DNA of 45,620 nucleotides from Rhizaria sp. SCN 62-66 (Eukaryota): NCBI GenBank assembly GCA_001724265.1, contig MEDY01000246.1, positions 1 to 45,620 of the forward strand, read 5' to 3'. Shown piece by piece: positions 37,209 to 45,620 of this stretch (position 1 is its first letter; each line of letters starts with the position of its first letter). The notes under the pieces were generated by a model. It saw only the letters and a program-made list of their open reading frames with translations, ran no database searches and was not told where the DNA came from. The position numbers and the translations under genes were made by a program.

Positions 37209-38951
37209 ATGGCCTCACTGCGGAGTCGCTCCTCCCGTGCCGCTGCTGCGCAGCCGGACAGCGAGACGTCCACCTCGCCCACCTCTACTGCCGCGTCCAA
37301 GTCTTTTGCGTCCTCCAATAAGGCCGCCGGCGCCCGCGCGCCGCTGACCAAGTCTACGTTCGCGAAGCGCCAGCCCGCCGAGGGCGGCGCCCCCTTCACG
37401 CTGGACGACATCAAGCGCGCCATCCCCAAGCACTGCTTCGAGCGCCCGCTCTACAAGTCTTTCGGCTACCTCTTCTACGACCTTGCCGTCATCGCCGTTA
37501 TCGTCTTCTGCTCGCTTTTCTTCAAGCAGGCCGCGATCCGTATTGCGTCCCTCTTCTCCATCGTCTTCGGCCTATCGCAGGAGCCCCTCGCCGCGCTCGT
37601 CGCCGACTCCGCGCTCGCGGGCGCCGCCGCGCCCTACGCCTCGGCCGCTTTCGCACTCCCGGGCTCCGGCAGCGTGCTTTCGCTCTTCGGCGAGACGGCG
37701 CACGCGCTCTTCTCGCAGCCGCTGCTCGCCGCGCTGGCGTCGCCGCAGCTCTTCGTCTACTGCGCGGCGCTCACGGCCCTCACGGTCACCGGTATCCTCG
37801 CACAGGGCGCCGTCATGACGGGCGTGTGGGTCATCGGCCACGAGTGCGGCCACGGCGGCTTCTCCGACAACCGCATGATCGGCGACGTCGTGGGGCTCAT
37901 CTTCCACACGATGCTCTTCGTGCCCTACTACTCGTGGGCCATCACGCACCGTACGCATCACAGCAACAACGCCAACATCGACCTGGACGAGGTCCACGTC
38001 CCCGAGCACATCAACTACTACATGCCGCTCTCGGCCCACGGCGCGCTGCACCACGACAAGCACACCGCTGGCGAGGCCCCCGTCGAGGGCGCGGCGCCCA
38101 GCGCCATGGCGTTCCTGTCCGAGGTCAACAAGATCCTCAGCGATTTCAACCTCTTCCACCGCTGCATCTCGACCTTCTTCACCGTCACCATCGGCTGGAT
38201 TCTGTACCTCACTATCAACGCGTCGGGCCGCCGCTACGAGAACAAGTCGCGCTTCCCCGTGAACCACTTCAACCCCGACGCACCCATCTTCCGCCCGCAA
38301 GAGCGCCTGCAGGTTACCCTCTCCACCGTCGCGCTGCTCGCGTGGTTCTTCATCCTCTACCGCATTATCGCCGCGTCCTCGCTCACGATCGTCGCCGTGC
38401 ACTTCCTCTTCCCGTACCTGGTTGTGCAATACTGGCTCGTCGTCATCACGCTGCTTCAGCACACGCACACGGCGCTGCCGCGCTACTCGACCGCGTCCTG
38501 GGACTACGTGCGTGGCGCGCTCGCGACCGTGGACCGCGACTACGGCGCCGTGTGGAACTGGACGCTGCACAACATCAACGACACGCACGTCGTGCACCAC
38601 CTCTTCAGCTACATGCCGCATTACCATGCCATGGAGGCCACCGAGGCCGTCAAGGAGCTCCTGGGCGACTGGTACGTGCGCACCGAGGATGACAAGCCGG
38701 CCTTCGGTGTGCTGCGCTCGCTGTGGAAGTCGATCCGCGAGTGCAACTTTGTCGCCGAGGATGACCACCCCGCGCTCGCCCTCGCAGACTCGGCCATCCG
38801 CGGACTCAAGAGCGGCGCCTCCGCCGAGGCCGTCGCCGCCGAGGTCGAGGCCGCCAAGGAGAAGGCCTTCGCCGAGGGCCCCCATGCCGGCGGCCGCAAC
38901 GCCAGCAAGGAGGTCTATTGGTTCCGTACCATCGATGTCGCCAAGGAGTAA
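37209..38951 (+). CDS. FAD2: Delta-12 (omega-6) fatty acid desaturase, intronless
   Basis: PFTLDDIKRAIPKHCFER, three His boxes (HECGH, HRTHH, HVVHH), LLQHTH, GALATVDRDYG and MPHYHAMEATEAVKELLG. Ends TAA. An omega-3 or bifunctional activity cannot be excluded from sequence. Confidence 0.92.
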   Translation: MASLRSRSSRAAAAQPDSETSTSPTSTAASKSFASSNKAAGARAPLTKSTFAKRQPAEGGAPFTLDDIKRAIPKHCFERPLYKSFGYLFYDLAVIAVIVFCSLFFKQAAIRIASLFSIVFGLSQEPLAALVADSALAGAAAPYASAAFALPGSGSVLSLFGETAHALFSQPLLAALASPQLFVYCAALTALTVTGILAQGAVMTGVWVIGHECGHGGFSDNRMIGDVVGLIFHTMLFVPYYSWAITHRTHHSNNANIDLDEVHVPEHINYYMPLSAHGALHHDKHTAGEAPVEGAAPSAMAFLSEVNKILSDFNLFHRCISTFFTVTIGWILYLTINASGRRYENKSRFPVNHFNPDAPIFRPQERLQVTLSTVALLAWFFILYRIIAASSLTIVAVHFLFPYLVVQYWLVVITLLQHTHTALPRYSTASWDYVRGALATVDRDYGAVWNWTLHNINDTHVVHHLFSYMPHYHAMEATEAVKELLGDWYVRTEDDKPAFGVLRSLWKSIRECNFVAEDDHPALALADSAIRGLKSGASAEAVAAEVEAAKEKAFAEGPHAGGRNASKEVYWFRTIDVAKE

Positions 38952-40100
38952 GTAGTTAAGCAAGATAGCTGAAGTCAGAAAGCTTTCTGATTCTTAAGAA
39001 AGCTGTTCTGAACAAGCTGTTGCTTAATCACATATCATGAACAAATCACAAGTACATATACACCCACTCGAAGCACAACACGTGCGTCGTGCTTTGACGA
39101 TTGAGTCTGTGTCTGTGACTGCGAAGCTCATCCACTGGTCATCATACCTTGCGATGTTGCTCAAGTTTGCATGCGTTAGATGTGACTGAGGATGATTAGA
39201 CTAGTAAGGGGCTTACGTATTTATCTTTGGAGATGAGAAAAACAAAATGACAGCCAAGGGGATTGTGTCTCATCTCATACATTAATAAATTTTATTTACC
39301 AGCCAGTTTTGCACCACTTTCTGACCGTTCTCTGTTTGCTTGGTACCGTCACACGTTCGCAGTGACACTCGTTACATTTTCTAGCCGGGCTAATAAAGAT
39401 ATCCTTAGAGCTAAACTGGAACAAGTGTATTGGTATGGTCACATCTCGTCTTCAGTGGCAGCCAGACTATTTCATCGATCCAGCTGCTGCCTTGCCAGGC
39501 ACTTCTTCAACAGTTTCATATTTGCTCCTCGTTTGTGTTATATCCCCGTCAAAGGTGTTGGACGCTGTCACGCTGCGTAACAGACGGTGACATCAGCATC
39601 TTGCGCTCTTACAAACGGTGTTGTGAGTCTCAATAGCAGTTAATTACATTTTCTAGGAATTGTCAAAACATCTAACTGATAATCTTTCAATAAATGTCCA
39701 TGTCGACGTACTTGAGATTTCCTGCATCGTCCTAGACGTGGTTTATTTCGCAGCTGCACACAGTCAAGCTGCTGCGAGCTTGGATTCTAACGCTTTGTGA
39801 GTGATGATATTGTAATTTGTTGTTGTCATAATTGCTGTTGTCATTTTAAATGCCTCTGAGTGGGCGTATAGTTGTTACAAAATATCTTTCTTCTGTTATT
39901 AGTAGTATGCGAGTCTGCTCATAGTCATCGAAAGAGCGATGACGTGTCAGGGGTGGCTCCTTTTTCTGCAAGTTTTTCTGAGTTGTGTGATCGTAATATC
40001 TGTTTTTGTGCATTTTCGCATTTTTTGATGAGATATTCTTCCATTATGCTTATTTTAGGTCCTCATATACTAACATTGTGTCTTCGAATTCGTTCTTACC

Positions 40101-41070
40101 TTACTCCAGGCCAAATGCTTTACAGTGCTGCTCTGACTTAGGGCCGCCAAACGCTTTAGTGTTCATGTCTGCGGTCATCTCAGCCGTGTCAATGTACTTG
40201 ACATTGATGCCGTAGTGGTGGACTTCGTCGCGTACGGCGCACTCCTTGATGTCGATGTGCTTGGCCCGCCCGTGGTGTTCGGGGTTCAGGATCGCGTCGA
40301 TAGCGCTCATGTTGTCTTGCAGAGGCGCTTGCTACGGGTGGCTTCATTGATCAGTGACAGTCATGCATGACATAGGCGAGTATGGATTAAGTTAACTTTG
40401 CGTACCTTCTCGACTGTTCGTTCTTATTTTTGTTCATATCGGCCTTCTTCTCCGCGTTGTTGTTCTACGCCTAGCTCGTGACCGTTGCAGCTGTGACGGC
40501 GAGGGCGCGCTGAGTCTGCCCCTTAAACGCGCAGCCAGGGACAGCGACGATGCCATCAAAGTCGACGCACTCAGCGCGCATGACACTAATGCTGCTGCGC
40601 TTCACCTCACTGTTGCTCACGACGCGCTTGCACGCCGCACTTATGTAGTTGGCGGACTGAGAGCAGGGCCTTGTTGTCGGGCAGCGTGGCGAGAACGGCG
40701 ACGTTTTTTTAGCGTGAGCGTGGCCGTGCCGCCGGTGGCGGTGACCGTGACGTCGGCATCGCCGACAGCGGTGGCGGTGATTGTGCCGCCCGCGGTGGCG
40801 ACGCGCTGCTCGGTCGCGCGCACATTGTAATACATGTGCTTCTCAGCGCGCTGTGAGGTGACGCAAAGGAGTCGAAGAGAAAGCGCGTGTTGCTGCTACT
40901 CTAGTTGTGGGTTACGTGGGCGCGCGCTGACTTGGCATGGCCTTGTTTGGTTATATGCTCCTCCCAGACCTTGTTGCGCGATGCCAGCTCGGGGAAGCTT
41001 GAGACGCGATGGCCCTCTTTGCTGCACATGAAGCAGATGACGGGGCCAAAACCGCCGCGCGAATTCCGAC
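40101..41070 (-). mobile_element. Decayed, internally deleted Ty1/copia LTR-retrotransposon remnant (gag Zn knuckle, protease, RNase H C-terminus)
   Basis: Minus strand reads CFMCSKEGHRVSSF (degenerate CCHC knuckle), FLFDSFASPH (protease DSGAS-H-like site), then a frameshifted VATAGGTITATAVG...LK/NVAVLATLPDNKALLSVRQLHKCG, then SAIDAILNPEHHGRAKHIDIK...VKYIDTAEMTADMNTKA (copia RNase H). Integrase and RT are absent and no LTRs were recognised. Confidence 0.85.
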
Positions 41071-41522
41071 AATGTGTCAGTTGACTCTAAGTGCTTTCAT
41101 AACATGTACGGTGTCAAAAGATTGCAAAATAAGAGATATAGGAAAGTGAAACGAATTTGTAGCGTATGTATTATTTTTGTTATTGCAGTGATTGTGATGC
41201 AGTTGAAATCTAAGGTAAAGTAGCAAGATTAAACAAGTAAGTACATGTATGCACATAATATATATACATTTTGTACATGTAAAGATAAATCAATTAAGGA
41301 AATATGAATTGTGACAACACAACAGCAGGAACGTCCCGCTTCAGTGCATGTTCGCCATGTCAGCGTGCAACATACGAGCTACTTCCGCAGCGGTCAGTGT
41401 ATGCGTCGCAATGAAAAGCAGCGGGAGTTATTTTCAACATCGTAAGATCGTGAGTGCACTACACGCAGCGCGAGCAGTGAGCACTGAGCGAAGTTGTCGT
41501 CGGGATCATTTAATCACTATCA

Positions 41523-44500
41523 TTATTCACTATCATTATCATCATTATTATTACTTGATTTTTTTTTCGACTTTTTTTTCGACGAAGGAAGCGTCTTGGC
41601 GAGGCCTGCGTTTTGAATGAGCTCATCCGTATGCGTGGTAATAAAATGTGCCAGGGCCTTACCTTGAGCGATGTCTTCAGGAGACGCACCCTCCTCCTTT
41701 GGATATGTGAGACTCAACAGTTGGGGCGACACGAAAGCAGGAATGACGTGAACTGTGTTAACCCGCGTACTATTGGGCTTAGGCAACGCCAGCTCCTCAA
41801 TCTGGCTCAGTGTCGATTTCTTCCTGGCCTGCAGCGTGTCCAGCTCAGTCTCCTTCAGACGAATAGCCTCTTCTAGCTTCTTGTCCTTCCCCTTCTCCAG
41901 CTTCTGCTTCTGCTTCTGCTTCTCCAGCTCATCCAGCGTCTGCATCACGTCCAACTCAAGCGACGCTAGCGCATCCAGCTCTTCATCTTTCAGCTTCGTC
42001 ACCTCCGCCAACAGTTGGCGATTCTGCTGACTAAGCCTCTTATGCGCCTGCAGCTGCATCTTCAGCCTCTTGAGCCTTTCCACCAGCTCCAGCACCTCCA
42101 GCACCCTCGTTACCACGGTCTTGAACTTCTCAACCATCTTAAACGCGCGCGCAGGGCGATAATCATGGGTCTCGCCAGCTGTGAGTTGAAGCGGCGAGAT
42201 GACGATCTTACCAAGGAGTCCGTCGGGTAACATCAGCGCGTAGGCGTCCCAATCGGGGTGCTGATGGGACCGGGGATCGAAGCGCCACACCCGATCTGAG
42301 TCGTTCTTAACTTCAATTTTCCCCGTGCGGAATCGAATAATAGTCTCCGCAACCAGGTAATATGGCGGAGTATTTAGCTCGGCCCTCTGACCGATGGATT
42401 GGCTTTCGGGCACACGAGTGGCATCGCTCTCGACTTTGCGCTTGATAGGGAAGATAGTCAGGTGCTCATGTCCAGTTCCAGACTGGGAGCGAATCACACT
42501 CCTCAAGTCGAGTGTAAGACCAATGTCGAAGCCCTTCGAGTCACAAATTGCGTACTGATGCGTGTGCCGCATGTAAAGAAAGAGAAATTCAAACGCAAAT
42601 CCGTGGGCGCCTGGCGGACATCGCTGGAACATATTAAAAAGCCTGGCTGGGGAGCTAATTGCAATGGCCCGCTGCAAGAGCAACTTGCAAGCCTCAGGGT
42701 GTGCCCACTTGAGCTCAAACTCCATGTGAAAGTACTTGGCTGCGGCTAAACTCTTTTCCCATGCCTTAAGCAGAGACGTTGCGTCCTCTTTAGTTTGCGT
42801 CTTCTTGCACTCCTGGATCACCGCCGGAAGATCAATCGGGTCGTCGAGGATGACTTGGTCAGGTTCGAGTGTAGTCTCAGGCAGAGACGCTGTAGTCACA
42901 CCAGTCTGCGTCTCATCGCACTCCTAGAATACCTCTGGAATAGCAGGCTCCTTGACTGTGAGTGTCGTTGGTGCGATTTGCGTAACAATGGAATGGGAAA
43001 GCTGAAATGCGCCTACTGTACCATCAGTGCAAAAAAAGTTCGCAACCGTCTCAATAGAAGTGGCATCAGCCAACTTATCAAAATGGTTCACTTCAACTTT
43101 ATCAACAATCCGAGATAAAACCCTTGTCACGGAGGCGTAATTGACATGCCCTTGTTCAGAGACAGCGTGTAAGGCAAACCGGAAGTTGCCGAAAACCGCT
43201 TCGGAGGCCATCTTAACCACATCCGACACAGGTTTGCCCAAAATCTTGAGTCCAGCAATAATCTCCTCGTGAGTCCAGGCATAGGACCACAACGGAATGG
43301 TGGTGAGTGATTTGGGAATGCTATCGGCGGATTTCATAATACACTCATAATGCTTGACGTGAGGAGATGTTGCAATCACATTGACGCCCCGACTGTTGTC
43401 GTTGTAAACGGGCTGAGCGTTCGCTTCGTTAGGATCGAAGAGGTACACCGTGTTCGGCTCGTCCATACAGTGACGCACCCCATCGCGTGTCAGCATGCTG
43501 ACAGTTTTCTTGGTCTTTTTCTTTTTCTTGTCGTCATGGTACAGGTGGATGTCACCGTCGCCCATGTGACAGATTACATTCACCCCGAGCTCGAAAAGCG
43601 CGACGTACCAGATGAGGTTAAGCATCACACTCTTGCCAGTGCCAGGGGGGCCACGCACAAGGAATGTCTTGCCCTTATCATTGCGACTCACCTTCGTCGC
43701 GCAGATGTGGGTCAGTATAAGTTTGTACAGCTGAGTGTGTGACACGCGCAACATCAAAATACGAACGTTATCATGATCACATTTGCCCCCGAAGGGAAAC
43801 TTTGCAAGATTACCGTGGATGGATGTGATATCGGGAGCGGCGAGGGTATGGAATAGTCCAGATGCATCCGTACCCCACTTCATCTATGTCAGATTCTCAG
43901 CGAACACATCAAGATTGGCTTGAGATTTACGCAAGGATCGAAGAGCAGACTTCTCTGTTTGTCGAACAGTCTTCATAGGTTGCTGAGTATTCTTCATTTG
44001 TTTTGCAACAGCCTCTGCAATCTTACCAACAAGCATTTCTTCATTGGGCGGATGGCTAGTCACACGCGAATCCAGTCGCGTGTAAGCATTCTTGAGCTCC
44101 GCCTTTGCAACGTTGAGCTTTGCGTCAGCATCGTTGAGCTTCGATTGAAGAGAAAACCAGTCATCGTATCCAATCATATAGAGAGCCTTCGTCGCCGTTA
44201 GTACGTCATCGGCCACCTTCCGTTCCTCAGGAGTGTTCGGCTTAGCTGTTTTAATTAATGAAAGTACCTTGGCCAAGGAGAGGTGATACTGAGCCGTGGT
44301 GACACCAGCCTGAGCCACTTTTAAAGAAACTTCGGCCACTTCCAGCCTCGCTTGAGCCACATCGCATTCAGCCCGAGTAACAGCCTTGGCCTCGGGAGAC
44401 GACAGAGGGTCGATGTCGCGCAAGGAGGCGGTGCAATTCTGCCACATAAGATCGACGTTCATGAGCGACGCCTTAGCCCTGGTCTACTTTTGCCCAGCAT

Positions 44501-44875
44501 CAGCCAGAAGCGAAGTCATCTTCTCAACAGCATTACCATGATTGGAAGCAATTGCAACAGCAAATTCAGCATCACGAACGGTGTCAGGAGAAAAAGCGGC
44601 AACCGCAACCGCAGCACGCAGAGAAGATGAGTCGAGCTCGCTCAACGTTGCTCGGAGGTCATCCTAAAGAGGACGTCGTATACAACGGAGAGCAACGAAG
44701 AAATAGAGAACGCAGGAGGGAGGAGGTACGTGAGCGTGATAATCAAATTCACCACATTGACGGGGGCGCATGCCAGAAGGCTTACAACAAAGGCAACCGG
44801 GCCGTGGTTACGTACCATTGCGGCGTGCCGATTTGGCTGTTCCTTCCCGGTGTTGATATCATCATTCCATGACAT
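41523..44875 (-). CDS. Crinkler/RHS-type effector: N-terminal helical repeats, P-loop NTPase, restriction-endonuclease-like domain, coiled coil; exons 44875-44816 and 44663-41523; three in-frame TAGs (44486-44484, 43886-43884, 42926-42924)
   Basis: The three listed ORFs (43884-44462, 42924-43883, 41523-42899) are one frame broken only by TAG. Motifs: VRGPPGTGKS (Walker A), VYLFD (Walker B), IATSP, AWTHEEI, GFAFE, PDWDAY...LQLTAGETH. A 152-nt GTACGT...TTTAG intron lies at 44815-44664. Ends TAA. The start is provisional because an acceptor-like site sits at 44885. Confidence 0.75.
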
Positions 44876-45620
44876 GGCAGATATCTGTCCGTGAGGGAAG
44901 AAAACATGAAACAAACGTGTCAAAAAATAAACGTGTGAGCTCTATGAAGGGAAAGAAAGAACTTATGCTCAGGACCGGCTCGTCCCGCGCAGGCCAACTT
45001 TGAAGCGCCACAACACGCGCAGAAACATGACATAGAGAATGCTATAAAATGATATATTATGTTAATCATGCCAAAATAATTTGACAATCCGGAATGTTCA
45101 TTCAACAGCGTCAAGGTCGTCAAATCCTCAGGTTGAAATCAGCTCACAGCTCCCTTCCTTGAAGTTAAGTTAAGCCGCCCATAAAAGACACCTAACTGCT
45201 AACATAACGAGTTGAACATTTTGTAATGAAATTTCATCGCCCTCCAATAGTCATGTGTTGTCATGGATGAAGATCTCATTGAGTTATCTGTTGGGTTGAG
45301 GTAAATGTCCGGAGTCGTTTTACTGCAGTTTATATTAATAGTAATTCTAACCCGGGCAAAATCATACATATTTGAACGACCAACACACCGGGCAGCAACA
45401 GGAAAAGCCCCCACAAAACAACCGCACGATAACGGAAATGTCCGTTATCATGTAAGCAAATGAACAAGCGGATTCAATCGTACAATTGCAATTTTATAGC
45501 TAATCCATCATGTAGATGGCCATTGTCACAACCGACATTCTGCATAAAATTCCAGTCGACAGCTTTTGCCGGTCGCGATTTAAAGGTGGCGTTTCTTGTG
45601 TATACACACTTTGTTTTCCT

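Noticed and set aside
37572..38963. 463-aa antisense ORF over the desaturase, and the many other overlapping ORFs (e.g. 11803-13593 +, 19550-21010 -, 7180-8343 +)
   Set aside because: Shadow frames produced by GC-rich codon bias. They have no motifs, and the opposite strand carries the recognisable or spliced gene.
41523..44663. Pseudogene interpretation of the effector gene
   Set aside because: Not excluded, but disfavoured: all three lesions are TAG, there is no frameshift or other stop in 1,047 codons, the motifs are intact, and a second gene shows the same pattern.
44664..44666. A further in-frame TAG upstream in the effector frame
   Set aside because: It is the 3' splice site (CTCTTTAG) of the 152-nt GTACGT intron, so it was not counted as codon evidence.
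44885..45414. Possible extra 5' exon of the effector gene (ORF 45414-45199 read through TAG to a phase-0 GTGAGC donor at 45147)
   Set aside because: The donor differs from the local GTACG consensus, the 263-nt intron is outside the observed range and the peptide is featureless. It needs cDNA evidence.
1..45620. CRISPR arrays, rRNA, operons or prokaryotic defence systems
   Set aside because: No repeat-spacer arrays or rRNA-like sequence were seen. Spliceosomal introns and gene content show eukaryotic nuclear DNA.

Overview
Gene-dense eukaryotic (protist-like) nuclear DNA: very GC-rich, Ala/Ser/Gly low-complexity exons separated by AT-rich intergenic spacers and short (130-201 nt) GT-AG introns that almost all start GTACG. 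Eleven genes are supportable: a 5'-truncated unknown gene, radial spoke protein 3, AP-2 sigma, a MORN-repeat/RING protein, an unknown membrane-anchored protein, a low-complexity PGPGxY protein, a CDC7/CK2-like kinase, a ~1,920-aa orphan, a NOXRED1-like Rossmann protein, a delta-12 fatty acid desaturase and a Crinkler/RHS-type NTPase-REase gene. There is also a decayed Ty1/copia element. Main result: UAG appears to be a sense codon here. Four in-frame TAGs interrupt two otherwise intact genes (three in one 1,047-codon exon with no TAA/TGA or frameshift, one in a phase-consistent internal exon). All 11 genes end in TAA or TGA, and an internal repeat alignment puts one TAG in a Leu/Val column. 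This points to a variant nuclear code with UAG=Leu and UAA/UGA as stops. It is an inference from one window and needs genome-wide or proteomic confirmation.
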